A program made the translations under genes and the position numbers. A stretch of DNA of 58,320 bases, counting the filler, from Squatina squatina (Eukaryota): the NCBI GenBank assembly GCA_031763465.1. It is 3 parts of 3 records of this genome, joined end to end, with 100 filler letters (N's around TTAATTAATTAA, not from the genome) between each part and the next. Parts side by side here need not be neighbours in the genome. Positions count along the whole stretch, not along the records: positions 23,309 to 42,000 come from JARFOE010000120.1; 2 more parts are not named here. One strand, given 5' to 3'. The notes under the pieces are model-generated. The model did no database searches. It was not told the origin of the DNA and saw only the letters and a list, made by a program, of their open reading frames with translations. This document shows positions 24,190 to 37,777 of the stretch, in pieces; the stretch's first letter is position 1, and each line of letters begins with the position of its first letter.

Positions 24190-24481
24190 ATGGTTAAGTG
24201 GGCATAAAGACCAGCAAGGGCTCCGATTTGATCCGTATTCTGTGTTGCATTAGCTGATCATACCGGATGGCAATGTGGGCACTAGAATTGATTTCAGTGT
24301 CCCCAGGGAAGGGAGGGGGAAATCTGGCCAGGATTCTCATATCTGATGATTCCCCAGTGGCCCCTGCTGGAAGTAGATGTTGGGTGAAGCCAGCATTGCG
24401 GTTGAATGTGATACCTCACTGAGTTGAATAGTCCACTGGCTCACATATGAAGAATGACTTCCTGGGTGAGGGGAACAGAGG
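24190..24481 (+). mobile_element. Old SINE-like repeat (same family as 54190-54540 and ~47555-47740)
   Basis: Shared internal motifs (gggaaaatctg..., cagtggcccctgctggaag..., ggctcacatatgaagaat...) recur in several copies in the window. Confidence 0.55.
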
Positions 24482-24707
24482 AACTGCCAAACTAAAAAAA
24501 GGAAATTGGGCCAAGCTTGCAGAGCTCCCAGACATGACATTACAAGCAAAACATGACTCCAGTCCTGTCATCCACATTAATTATTCAATTTTTGTTGAGT
24601 AAAGTCATTTACCTATTTGTAAAGTAATCCTGTCGCAGCACAGTGGGTAGGACAATATGTGTCAGGTGTCTGAAAGCTCTGCATTTTCTTTCTCTTTACC
24701 TTTACAG

Positions 24708-24761
24708 TATGAACCATATTCTAAGAGAGCAAGACTGAGAGGCTGGAGGCTACTAAAATAA
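24708..24761 (+). CDS. Candidate terminal coding exon (YEPYSKRARLRGWRLLK*)
   Basis: Very strong polypyrimidine acceptor ttttctttctctttacctttaCAG, phase 0, TAA at 24759-24761. ATTAAA occurs downstream at 25058. Confidence 0.55.
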   Translation, partial: YEPYSKRARLRGWRLLK

Positions 24762-27080
24762 GCTGCTCATCCTGTTCACCTGTGGGAACCTGATTGCCTG
24801 CAGGCTGTTATGAGCACCTAGAGGCAGGAGTTTCATTTCTGGCAATATGTTTCTTTCCTNNNNNNNNNNNNNNNNNNNNNNNNNNNNNNNNNNNNNNNNN
24901 NNNNNNNNNNNNNNNNNNNNNNNNNNNNNNNNNNNNNNNNNNNNNNNNNNNNNNNNNNNTCCTCCCTGGAAATGAATTAGCAGGCACTAATGAAACAGCT
25001 TTTCAGTCGATGACTACCATCTGGCTAACCACACTTAACACTGCAGCCGAAAGGTTTATTAAAAATAATAATAATCATCATCATTTGAAATAAGACTAAC
25101 CTTCATATATATTAAGCCTTTTGTATTATTAAATTTAATTCAGATAATACAATGCAAGACCCTTGCGAGTGCACTTCAAAGTTTGATATACCAGAAGCTA
25201 GCCTGATCATTTTGTGTCCATTGAGACAGCAAATCACTCGGGAGTGCAGTTAGCAAACTGCAGGAGGCTCCCTGTGCCACATCAACAATTCACTCCGCAG
25301 TTTTTGTCAGTAGAGAGAACATATAACTAGCCAGGCGAGCATGGATGAACAGGCTCCACGTCCCACAAGCAGCCATTCCTTGGTGTCCCTCAGTAAACGT
25401 TCAAGAACTGACAAACCCATCATGTAAAATGATCACAGTCTGACCCTGCGTGAGCAGGAATCTCAGCAACTACCGCGCAAGACAAGGATTTCCTAACTCA
25501 GCCCTAATTCTTCCTTAAATATAACTTGAAAAGATCAAGAAATGCTGATGTTCAATAGAATTATATGAAGGATTCATGTGAGCACGACACAAGCGAAGGG
25601 GGCACTGTTCATTCCTTTATTGGAACATTACATGGAGTATGATGGATGAGTTGCTGGCATTGGCTGTTTATTATAATGCAACCAATCAATTACAGTTTTA
25701 TAATACATGGTGTCCCAGAGGAAGTTTTCAGTCTTCTTGCAAACTAACGCTAAAATGGGATATAATTTGCCAAATGCCTTTGTCTTGCTGCAGTCTGATT
25801 ATCGAGGCTTACATTTTTTCCATGTTCCTTTTTACGTGTAATATTGTCATTTACTTACCCTCACGGACAAATTTGGCTATTGCATTATTTATTTCAGTTT
25901 TTTGTGCTGTCACTGTAAACCATGAAGCACAGATTAAGAGGTATACTGTCATTAAGTTCCAGCATTTGCAGGTGATCATTATCCATTTAGAAGTGAACTG
26001 CATTTCATATGCATCAGTTATGATTTACTTACGGTGAATTTTTTTTGATCAGGCCTCCCCATCAGGCTTATGAACCAACCATGCAATATGATAAATAACA
26101 TGCCATAAGGTTACAATGTGAAATGACCCAAGAAGCCGCTGTAAAATTTGACAGATTATTCTCCTGTTTAATAGCTCATGGCGTATCAGGATATATATAA
26201 AAAAGGCACAAAAACAATCTAGAGGACATAGCAGGAGCAGCACATCCCTTCCTTTCAAACAATTCATCACAAGCTTGACCATAGACAGCACAACTATTTG
26301 CTCTGTTAATCATTGGAGCTGCACAGCAGGGACACTGACTTCAACATGCCAGGGAGGCTCTGCTGACACCGTTGTAATATATTCACAAAGAAAAGGCAAG
26401 CAACACAAGCAGTACCAGAGCAACAAATGCAATATTTAATCAACCAGAAGGAAGCAGTATGCAGAAACCAAGAGAAACCAAAATGGAGTGCTGGCTTCTT
26501 TTTGGAAAAATACTAATTAAGCTGCACACAAAAAAATGAAATCGAATGCTGGAACAAATCTTGTGAGGAAGCTTATTGTGAGTAAATCATCAAGGCATGG
26601 TCTACAAAGTGACTGCAAGCTCTTAATAAGATATAGAAATATATATTCAGAGCCTGATTTGCCCCTTGCCCAAGCATTAATTTGGACACACTCAGTGGTA
26701 CAAGTGAATTTCTGCTCTGTTATTTGCACTGGCAGTATTTTGCGTGGGCCAATCAATACCCACATGCAACTCCACACAAGAGGCTGAGGTGTCAGCCTCA
26801 TTTTCGTGCTCCGGCACTCTACACCAACAGAAAAGTTTTGCAGGATGACGGAATCTGCCACGACAGTAAGCATTGAGCAGGTCAAATGCAGCTTTGAATA
26901 TTCAGCTGTGGATTTATTCATTGAGGTAGCCTTTCCTAAGAGAAGGGGTGCTAGCCATCTCCCAGGCCTCAGAGAAAGAAAATAAAAAGACTTGGGTGAA
27001 ATTGCTAAGAAAATAATTCAATTAATATCCAGGCCCAGTGAGATTGAGAGAAGCTTTTACTGATGTCCTTAGCTAATTCA

Positions 27081-27172
27081 AAGAAAGAAAGAAAGACTTG
27101 CATTTATATATCACCTTTCACAACCACCGGATGTCTCAAAGAGCTTTACAGCCAATGAACTACTTTTGGAGC
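27081..27172 (-). mobile_element. 3' tail of a DeuSINE (SacSINE1-like) copy
   Basis: Reverse complement of the tail at 31610-31697 (agaaagaaagaaagacttgcatttatat...ctttcacaaccaccggatgtctcaaag). Confidence 0.8.
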
Positions 27173-27774
27173 GTTTCACTTTTGGAATCCAAAGAAAACT
27201 AGACACTATTAAGTGCTCTTAATTGACAACTTACCCTGCTGGATGAAGGAACAGCTTAAATAATTAGTACAGACAGTGTGAAAAGAGGCAAGTTGGGATC
27301 TCAGGGCCTAAAACAAGAGCAAGTTGGTGATAATTAATTGATAAACCATTTACTTCCTTTGAAACATATAATTATGGCCCTATGTTTGACTGCACTTTTG
27401 AAATTTGGATATGCTGTCAAAAATCCATAATCTGTTTAAAAGAAGTATATGACCACCATCTTTTGCAAGGCTCCATCTAGNNNNNNNNNNNNNNNNNNNN
27501 NNNNNNNNNNNNNNNNNNNNNNNNNNNNNNNNNNNNNNNNNNNNNNNNNNNNNNNNNNNNNNNNNNNNNNNNNNNNNNNNCAAAATGGCGAGCAGGAAGT
27601 GTATACACACTTCTGACCAGGCGTAGCCTGCCATATTGGGTAAGGACAAACAAGAGGCATCCTTCACCTTTACCCACGCCTGAAGCAGGCGTTAGTTAGG
27701 CCCTTTACATATGCAAATAAAGGGTCTATTGCCTGCTTCAGATACACAGTCTAACATTGGCATGCACTGAGGCA

Positions 27775-28135
27775 ACCTCGATCTCTCACCGACCCCCGTC
27801 ATAACAGGTTCGAGGCTCCGATCCCTCCGCGACAAGTCCAAAGACCCCGATCCCTCTCCGACCCCTGCAACAACAGGTTCGAGATCCTTGATCCCTCCCT
27901 GCTCCTCGCAACAACGTGTCCGAGGCCCCTGATCCCTATCCGACTCCCGCGACGTCCAAAGACCCCCGACCCCCGCGACAAGTCCACAGCCCCCGATCCC
28001 TCTCTGACTCCTGTGACAACATGTCCGAGGCCCCCTGATCCCACTCCGACGACAAGTCTAAAGACTGCCGATCCCTCTCTGACCCCACGACAACAGGCCC
28101 AATGCCCTGATCCCTGCGACAAGAAGTCCAAAGAC
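27775..28135. repeat. Degenerate C-rich tandem repeat (ccccgatccctctccgacccccgcgacaa...gtcc) within a GC-rich element
   Basis: gatccc, gcgacaa and gtccaaagac motifs recur many times at irregular ~25-45 bp spacing. Confidence 0.7.
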
Positions 28136-28419
28136 TTGACTACTTACCCATGTCCTGTCTCTTCCTGAAGTGCCGCCTTCATTGTAATGAGGTCTCAGGC
28201 CCAATATCCAGGGCACCTTGGACCTCCCCATTTGTGCACAGGGTAATAATAACCCTGCACTTAGGGCAGGGTGGGGCACCCAAAAGTGGGCTTCTCTGAA
28301 TTTAACATCCATTATTTTTATAATTGTGTCCGTTCCTCTCCCCCAGGTGTAAACAGCACCATTATATTACCAACTACATACACAGTGCGGAAGTTAGGAG
28401 CAGAAGGGAAGTCAGGGCA

Positions 28420-28630
28420 ACTTTTTCACCCAATGTATATTCAAGTTGTGGAATACATACCAGGAAAGGGATTGAAGTGGATTAATATAAATGGGGTCAC
28501 AAGACAGTTCGATGTGATTCTGGAGAGAGAAGGGATTGAGAGATATGTGGAAGTAGGTGGATAGGTGGGGTTGAGATCAATCAAAAAAGGATGGACTTGT
28601 TGGCTCTAATAAGCTTCTTATAGTTCTGGT
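28420..28630 (+). mobile_element. Decayed CR1 3' end
   Basis: ttttcacccaatgtatattcaagttgtggaat...cagttcgatgtgattctggagagagaagggattgagagatatg resembles the CR1 ORF2 terminus and 3' UTR. Confidence 0.55.
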
Positions 28631-30791
28631 TTCCCTCATCTTCTCTGCTTTTTCCAGCCTTGCCCTGCACTACAACCATTGGTCTTTTAATTTTTTATTG
28701 AGAATCCTAAGTGAGGGGCCAAGGTTCATAGCGCAGGACGCCAAGGTTAAAAAGAGTAGGACAGAAGATGAGCTAAACCAGGGAGTAGTGATGGAGTGAC
28801 ACCAAGTTTGTATTTAAACGGGTGCACATTACCACCGCCAAGCTTGGAGACCAAGCACTTGAAAGAACTGGGGCTTCGAGACCTTGCAACAGGTACACAC
28901 ACTCAAACAATTATTAAAGTATGTGAGGAAGATACAGCAATTGGAAAAAAAACCAAATACAATTAAATGGCTTTACCTTCATTTCTCTGTCTTGTATGAG
29001 TCAGTGCATTGCAACATATTCTTACCAATCTAGAAAGGGCACATATTTTCAAAGACCCTATAGGCAAAGTCAGGTGGCAACTGTCAGCATTTTTCAAATC
29101 TCCAGCGGAACTTGACAAGGTGAACAGCATCCAAATGAACAGATTCCTAAAATCCAATTAAACCAAAGTTATTGATTGAATTATATTAAAATATTTTTTA
29201 TTTGAAATGTTTTGCACATAATACAAGCTTATATTAAATTACATCTACACTCATTAGCATATATTTACATTTCCTACTAGCCTCATACAGCTCATTGAAA
29301 TGTTAGTGCAGCCACCATATTACCTTCCACTTCTCTTGGGGGTATGTGCTATTGCTGTCATTAGTGTAGCGGTTTTGTTAAACCTTAAATTCATTTGTAT
29401 TATCCATTTGCAAGAGACTGAATCAGTGCTTGCCTAAGTCAGGGAGATTGATCATTAGTTTTGATTCATTTTGTTTCTGCTCCAGCTCACACTGCTGCCT
29501 TTGTCTGTCCATTTGCAGTGGTTCTGATTGCTTTGGTNNNNNNNNNNNNNNNNNNNNNNNNNNNNNNNNNNNNNNNNNNNNNNNNNNNNNNNNNNNNNNN
29601 NNNNNNNNNNNNNNNNNNNNNNNNNNNNNNNNNNNNNTTAAAGTTGTCTGAAACTTTTTTTTCCAAAGTGTCAAATTTAGTTGCACCTTAAAGTGAAATT
29701 TCAAAGACCTGAATTTGTCCCTTAGAGCGAGAAACTCAGAGCAGTCCAATTGGGCACCCTAAATGTTTTCAGATCATTTGATTGTGGTAGACCAGCGCCA
29801 ATTTTAGATTGTGATTTGTTTTCCTGATGTTGGTCTTTCTAAGTTCTGTGCTGTTACCTTTGTAAGATACAAATACATAAAAGTCCAAGTGTGTGGGGGT
29901 GGTACATGGTTAGTATTTCACAGTTCCTCAATGAGGCGTCTGTTTACAGCACAAGTACAGATACATCTGTCTCGGTCTCTGCTTCTGGTGTGAATTACTC
30001 TTTCACAATGTCAAGTTAGCTACTTTCCTTTCTATGTTTTCTCCTATAATAAGCACAATTGAATTGTGCAGGATTCTTCAGTGCTCCTCAACTGAACGCA
30101 TCAGTCTTCTTTCATCTCTTGCAATTGTGAGAAGTGAACACCTTGAAAAATCTCTTTACAATGGTGACTAATTGAATTCAAGGCGACATCTCAAGATTAT
30201 GGAGCATTGAGTCACGCAGCTGTAATCAGGCTGATTTGACAAACAAAAAATAGAAAATACTTGTTTAAAATCAAAGTTCGTTTGCTGAGCAGAATAGAGC
30301 AGTGACAGTTTTTAATTAAAAAAACTATGGGTGGTTCCAAAAGTCTGATTTTGCCAGTCAGTTTACAATTCTTTATCATGCTACTGGGCCATCAGAAGCC
30401 CAGGGAGCCAGGGGCCCGGGGAGCCAGAGGCCAGGGCAGGGATAGAGGGGGATCGGGGGAATATGGGTGTGTGTGTGTGTTAACTCATGCAGCAGAGCCT
30501 GGTCACCAATCNNNNNNNNNNNNNNNNNNNNNNNNNNNNNNNNNNNNNNNNNNNNNNNNNNNNNNNNNNNNNNNNNNNNNNNNNNNNNNNNNNNNNNNNN
30601 NNNNNNNNNNNGCACAACATTACGACGTCGCGCGTTCGAAGCTGGCGCCAACGGCATCCCCGACGGTGAGGCTTATACGCTACTGGGCCGCCAGGCCGAA
30701 GAAACCATTTTTATATTTTTGGCCTCAACGCTGATTTCATGCCCACTATTTGACGCAACCTGGGCATGAGGTCAAACTAACTGAGGCTCCC

Positions 30792-30875
30792 CCAGTGTTT
30801 TCCCCATTCCCCAGTGCTTTCCCCATTCCCCAGTGTTTTCCCCATTCCCCAGTGTTTTCCCCATTGCCCAGTGTC
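30792..30875. repeat. 19-bp tandem repeat (ccagtgttttccccattcc) x ~4.3
   Basis: Units read directly at 30792, 30811, 30830 and 30849. Confidence 0.85.
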
Positions 30876-31277
30876 CCTCCTCAGTGGTCAGTGTCTCTCC
30901 CCAGTGGCCAGTGTTTTTCCCTATATTGATGGAGGCTGTGTGCTTACTGCAGGAGTGCAACGGGGGAGTCGTGGCAAGAGATCATGCTGTCCTGCCTGAG
31001 TGGGAAGAAGTGCGAAGGAAACAATGAGCACAGCTGTGGCACTGACTTTGCTTATTTCTACTTCGTCTCATTCATATTCCTTTGCTCGTTCCTTGTAAGT
31101 GGCAACCTTAAAACCTTCAGATATCACCGGGATGCACTCAATACAAGAATTTGGTAATTTTTAATCATAAGAATTATTCTCTAACCAGCCCGCACATTCA
31201 AATTCTTGATACTCTCACTCAGGTCTCCCTGACCCTCCCTTTCTTTGGTGTAAACAGTTCCAGCTTCCTTCATATCA

Positions 31278-31697
31278 GCAGTGGCTCAGTGAGTAACACT
31301 CTTCCCTTTGAGTCACAAAGTCATGAGTTCAAGTCCCACTCGAGACTTGAGCACAAAGTCCAGGCTGACACCCCAGAGTTGTACTAAGGGAGTGCTGCAC
31401 TGTCGGATGAGATGTTAAAACAACACCCCACCTGCCCTCTCAGGTGGATGTAAAAGATCCCAGGACAATTTTTCGAAGAAGAGCAGGGGAGTTCTCCCCA
31501 GTGTCCTGGCTAATATTTATCCCTCAATCAACATAACAAAAACATTATCACATTGCTGTTTGTGGGAGCTTGTTGTACGCAAATTGGCTATCGCGCTTCC
31601 CACACTCCAAAAGTACTTCATTGACTATAAAGTGCTTTGAGACGTCCGGTGGTTGTGAAAGGCGCTATAAAAATGTAAGTCTTTCTTTCTTTCTTTC
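31278..31697 (+). mobile_element. Near full-length DeuSINE (SacSINE1-like): tRNA head, Deu domain, L2-type tail
   Basis: A-box gtggctcagtgag and B-box gagttcaagtccc. Deu core tcaggtggatgtaaaagatccc...gtgtcctggctaatatttatccctcaa. Tail gaaaggcgctataaaaatgtaagt(cttt)n. Confidence 0.85.
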
Positions 31698-34600
31698 ACT
31701 TTATCAGACACCTTTTGGAAGCCCATGTACACCACATCAACCGCATTGCCCTCATCAACCCCCTCTGTTACCTCATCAAAAAACTCAAATCAAGTTGGTT
31801 AAATTTGCCTTTCTAGCAGCTCCTCCTTATCAATTTAGAACACATTCAATAAATGCTATAAATACAAATGCTGTTGAGAAGAGTAAGGAGTTCAAAACTG
31901 CAGCCTGTCCCTTCTTCACCTACTTATCCTGAGGGAAGGGCTGTTACCAGTATAGAGAGAATCTCTCTTGTTCAGCTTAAACTTTTCCCCCCACTTTCCT
32001 TCCGCCCATCCCCCACCCCAACCCAACCACCTCACACACCCTGTACATCGTTCCTTAACAAACAGAGTGGGCAACTGGCCATCTCCCAGGTATCTGTTCT
32101 CGAGTCAGCCACTTTTATTTACATTATAGTAGGATATGACATGCAGTCCAGTGGTGCCTCCCTCTCAATACACAATCTGTTTGATACTTCCCATTAAATG
32201 ATATGCCTTCGATTAGGAGATCATTATGTGGGGGAAAACTGGATTGGTCCAGAATTGCCCCACTCCGTGCTAGTAAGTTGCCATCATGTTATCCATGAAC
32301 TTTCTTCCTAATTTCCTGTGGTCTTTGGAGGCTTGTGTCAAATTCATCCCAGACACTCATCAAGCTGCTCTGTGCCAGTTGATAGGAGGCACAAAGGTCT
32401 CTACTCAGCACCACACCACAGCAAAAACATAATTGTAACGCTAATGAGTTGGCACCAAGGTTAGCATCAGCTTAGTTTTGGGACTGTTAACTCATTCGGA
32501 GAGTTTTTCTTGGTGATTAATGCATGATTAACAAGGGCACAAAATACAAGGTCATCTTAGATTCGTAGGCTGCAGTGCAGCCGAAAGAAATGTTTTCTAA
32601 GTGAAACAGATTGCGCTAGTCAGGAATGCAGTGCTGTAGCAAGGAATGAGTGAATCAATACATGTATCAAACTTGCTTTTAATCATAANNNNNNNNNNAT
32701 GCATGATGGGGAGTGGTAGTTCACTGAAATGTATATAATCAAGTGGCATTGAACCACATAATTCATCATGAGTCTCAAGGGCGAACGGGTCATGTAATCT
32801 GATGCCACTGTGATTTATTTGAAGCAAGCCACTGCTCCTATTGTGAATCTTATTTGTACCACACACATTTATTTTTCACTATATTTTGTACTGAATAAAG
32901 ACATTTTGAATTAAATGTTCTTTTATGTAGAGCACATGCTTTTGCAGACAGTTGCCAAAACCATACTCCACCAGGATTGTGTGAATCAATCTGNNNNNNN
33001 NNNNNNNNNNNNNNNNNNNNNNNNNNNNNNNNNNNNNNNNNNNNNNNNNNNNNNNNNNNNNNNNNNNNNNNNNNNNNNNNNNNNNNNNNNNNNTTCTGCA
33101 TGACAGCTATTCAGAATCTTTGGAACAGTTTGAAATTAAACCAAACTTTAATAAATCTGCTCCTATTATTTGTGTTATCTAACAGCGAGATTCGGCTCCA
33201 CTAATACTTTACTTCCATCACCATTGTAAAATACTCCATTTAACATCAGCATAGATAGAACAACACCATATTTCACAGGTCGGTGTCCACAATCGACCAT
33301 ATTTATCTGGGCACCACAGTCTTGCATGTTGCTCCCACAATAAAAGCAATAATATGCAAATTCTACTTTGAATATGTTTAATTATCAGCTATGTAATAAT
33401 TTCCGTTGATATTCACCTCAAATGAATTCCTTTAAGTATGCCATCCGAAATAAGCACCACACATAAACAACTGGATTTTTGTACATATCTAATACAATGA
33501 TGTCCGATACATTAGCCACTAGCCAAACGTGGCTAATAGAGAATCCAGATGTGGCTAGCTGCATGTTTACTTCGTTAATAAAAAATAAGTAATGGACACA
33601 GCCATTAGACATGTGATCTCAACACTCATTCACACGGCGTATGCAGTTGCATTTTAACTTTTTTATGCATATGATGGTAAAAAGGCAAGATAAAACGTAA
33701 ATACTGCAATTATTTTTTTCGTTGTGTGCTTAATACCATGGTTNNNNNNNNNNNNNNNNNNNNNNNNNNNNNNNNNNNNNNNNNNNNNNNNNNNNNNNNN
33801 NNNNNNNNNNNNNNNNNNNNNNNNNNNNNNNNNNNNNNNNNNNNNNNNNNNNNNNNNNNNNNNNNNNNNNNNNNNNNNNNNNNNNNNNNNNNNNNNNNNN
33901 NNNNNNNNNNNNNNNNNNNNNNNNNNNNNNNNNNNNNNNNNNNNNNNNNNNNAGGAAGATGTGTATGATAATTTGGTATAAAACATTGTGATGGCATCAA
34001 ATATTTTCTTGGCAGAAGCAAAAACAAATTCTGATTACACCAGTCCTTCACAATAGACTGTTAAATTTGTACCATGCATGACAACTCCTTCATAAGTATT
34101 CCTGATATACCATGACCTATTATATCACAGATGATTGTTTTGACTCCTTATCTAAGGCAGAACCATTTTAAACATCCTCTTTCGCAACATACCTTTTCAA
34201 CAGTTTTCAAAGACAGCACTGTGAGAAGGGGGGTAGGGTTAATTCAATTACAAAAATTATATTCCGTTTTCTTACAGCTTGAAGTCTGTCAGATTTTAAC
34301 AATTAAATCTGATGCATTTCCCATGTCACTCCACTTGCACTGGCTCATTGCTCTATTCACATTTCACTTTTATCACATATTCACGATTCCATTCATAGTT
34401 TATCCTCCAAAGTTCATTCATACAGGAATTAGACACCAGCTTCCTGGAGTAATTCACCAATTCTCATGCCAAGATGGTGGTAAAACAATTCAATGATCTG
34501 AACCCAAATAATGCAATCTGGGTGGTTGGTAGCAAGTCAGTAAATGTTACTGAGGTCCAAAGACCTGAAAATCTTCACACAATTTCCTCCCAGTAAAGAG

Positions 34601-37445
34601 AAGCTGCTCTTCAAGCACAAAAGTCAGGGATCCTCAGTTTTTCCAACGTGGATAAAAAAATTTGCTGAATTTCAGCTGCAAAAATTGTATTGCATTGGGA
34701 ATGTAGCTACACCGTTTCTATTCGGCTCACATCTCCACAAGAATTTGCTCTTATTCCACTTGTATGCAATTTATATTTCAATTTATAATGGAGTCTGACT
34801 GCTGTCTCTATGTCTCAGTATAATAAATGTATATGGAATATGGAGCATGTTTGAAATGGTATAGAAGCGCTGTATGTATAGAGAGACCGAGTGAAACTTT
34901 AGCCAGAGTACTGGAAACATATTTTACAATGACTCACTGTTTGGCAAGTAGCACTTTTTTTTCTCCCTCATGTGCTTAAGTTGTTAGTTGAACTTAAACC
35001 AGATGAAATGAATTCAAACACTGAATAAAATCCATCGTTGGTACAAGGTATCCAGGGAGGTAGGAAAGACAACAGCAGGTCACAAAGGACCAGATGTGGC
35101 AGAATAAAAAAAAGAAACAGTGATGGAAATGCAGAGGATAAACATTCTGATGTTATTTCCAAGCTGGCGAAGTAAAGCTGAGGAATTACTCACCCTGGGC
35201 TAGCTGGCAAGTGGAATTTTCCAGCCTTTTAATCTAATATCTGGGAATTACATCATAACTCATAGATGGCATGGATTTCGACCGAGCTAATAAGTCAGCC
35301 CCAGATGTCAGATAAAAGATGAATCTCACATTTCCTAGTGTTGGATTATTTATCAATAGCCAGGGTTTTTTTGTTCTAAAAACAAAATGTAACCATTTTA
35401 AAAATGTATACTTAAGCTTATTTTGCAAATGGAGACTCACGTGGCCTGAACTATAGCAGCATTGTTAACTTGAATAATATCCCTACTTGGAGTTCAGTGA
35501 GATTTAAAAGTCAAATTACAGTCCACTTGTATAAATGTGTTTTCTCTGTGGGTTCAGATTCAATCTCGTAGGGCCAGAGGAATGAGATGTAAAGCCAAAC
35601 ATTATGAAACATCATTTTTTACTGATACAGCTAACTTGGCACTTTGTCAATCTTAAGGAAAATTTAGTAAAACATATTGTGTGATACGACAGCCCTCGAC
35701 ATGCATGAAGTTTCTTCTGTTATTCTTTAATTAAAAGAACATTTCCAAATTCAGTGCAGCTTAATAGGTTAGTTTCAGGAGTATTTTCCAAGTGCTTCAG
35801 ACTCCTTTTGTGGACTTTTAACCTTTGTCATTGATGCTGACTTATCAAGCACTCTTAATAAACGTCAATAAAATAATTCGCCAGATCACATGGAAAGCGT
35901 TTGGCTGCTCAAACCAGCATTTGAACTGCTGCAGTAAAAAAAAACAATCCATTGGGAAAATAAATCTCAACAATAAAGATTCATTGGATGATGTGAAGAA
36001 AATGTAGATAGTCGCATTCCCTATGATATAGATAACTTCAACTTGTGGCCGAATCTTACCAGCCCTGCGACTGTGGGTTTGGAGGCAGGCCCGCTGTAAA
36101 AATGGCCGAGATTGACAGCAGGGCAGCATTCCGCTCTGAACNNNNNNNNNNNNNNNNNNNNNNNNNNNNNNNNNNNNNNNNNNNNNNNNNNNNNNNNNNN
36201 NNNNNNNNNNNNNNNNNNNNNNNNNNNNNNNNNNNNNNNNNTATAGTTGTGTACTACACTCTGTACCTAAGTGGAATGTAAAGGCACTGCCCCAGCGACT
36301 GCTGTTTGCTGTCACACTGTACATTGCAGAAGCAACTGACATCAGCACTTTCTGGAGATTTGCCACAACCAATGCAATCCTAATCCTTGCTTGTTTTTTT
36401 CTTCCCACAACGTGCAGTGCCAAGCAGCAATACCACAGGGAACAGTAATCATCATTGCGCATTTTATAAGACCATTAGCAGAGTGAGTGTCACCCATTGC
36501 AGTTATACTTTAAATGCTCTCCAGCGCTGGGAATGTGTTCACATAAAAGAATGCCACATTTTCAGTGTCATTACCAGCACTGAGCAATGTTTATACTGAG
36601 ATGCGGTGGTGATCTGGGCTGTACCGTTTCTGTGTTTGGTGTCTGGACGCTTCAGTTAGTGCGAGTGGTTTTTGGCAATCTGGAGGCACCTAGTTATCTT
36701 CGCTAATCTCAGCTGTTGGATGTCACATAAACATTTGTGTAATAGGTCAACACACTGGAGTAGTCACAATGGTTCCGTAAATTTAAAATGATATAAAAGC
36801 AGCTGCTGGTCAAAGTACCATTAGACTTTGATGGCATAATTAACAATCTGGCATCCTGTCTTCACTGGTCATCCCTTTTCATTTTGATAGCTATAAACAT
36901 TTTTGATACAAATTAATGGACAATTCATTGCGCGACATCAAGCCAATAAAAAAAGATACTTCAAACACACTTATTCTGATCACCTATTTATTTTACTTAT
37001 CTAATTGTATTGGTATATCATAAAAGGCAGTGAATTTTCCAATACTCTCATTAAAGGATATCTTGTGCCACCAAATAGCTGAATATACCTCACAGTATGA
37101 CACCATTAAAAGAGCTGGGCCACTTTAGCGGAGTGGCTTGCTTGCTACACTATCTTCAGATGGTTGCACCAGGCTTTTGTCCGGGATGCCATTTTCCAGT
37201 TTGTGAAAGTAATCGTTATCTGATCCTGTGGGTGATTGTGTGAAATCAGGGAAGATTAGCAGTTAAGTGCCATTCACCGCCTCCCCCAGTTTCCCTCAAC
37301 ACCACTCCAGACTCTGAATTTTTAAAAAAAGAAAATACTTTAAATNNNNNNNNNNNNNNNNNNNNNNNNNNNNNNNNNNNNNNNNNNNNNNNNNNNNNNN
37401 NNNNNNNNNNNNNNNNNNNNNNNNNNNNNNNNNNNNNNNNNNNNN

Positions 37446-37777
37446 CTGCATTGTTGGAGGTGCCGTCCGTTGGACGAGACGCTAAACCGAGGCCCCGCCA
37501 GCTCTCTCAGGTGGACGTAAAAGATCCCATTGTACTATTTCAAAGAGCAGGGGAGTTCTCCCTGGTGTCCTGGCCAATATTTATCCCTCAACGAACACAT
37601 AAAAAACAAATTGATCATTGTCGCATTTCTGTTTGTGGGACCTTGCTGTATGCAAATTGGCTGCTGCATTTCCTATATTACCCAACAGTGACTACATTTC
37701 AAAAATGCTTCATTGGCTGTAAAGCACTTTGGGACATCCTGAGGGCATGAAAGGCCTTTCTTTCTTTCTTTCTTTTT
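37446..37777 (+). mobile_element. DeuSINE (SacSINE1-like), 5' part lost in a gap
   Basis: gagacgctaaaccgaggcccc...caggtggacgtaaaagatccc...ggtgtcctggccaatatttatccctcaa with a (cttt)n tail. Confidence 0.85.

Noticed and set aside
25341-25427. Small ORF MDEQAPRPTSSHSLVSLSKRSRTDKPIM with good Kozak context, as a possible first exon for the 52647 exon
   Set aside because: The phase-1 donor (TCA|GTAAAC) is weak and there is no independent support.
26536-26583. ATG...ATT|GTGAGT candidate exon
   Set aside because: The ATG frame exits in phase 0, incompatible with the phase-1 acceptor at 52647. The phase-1 frame has an upstream stop and no good acceptor.
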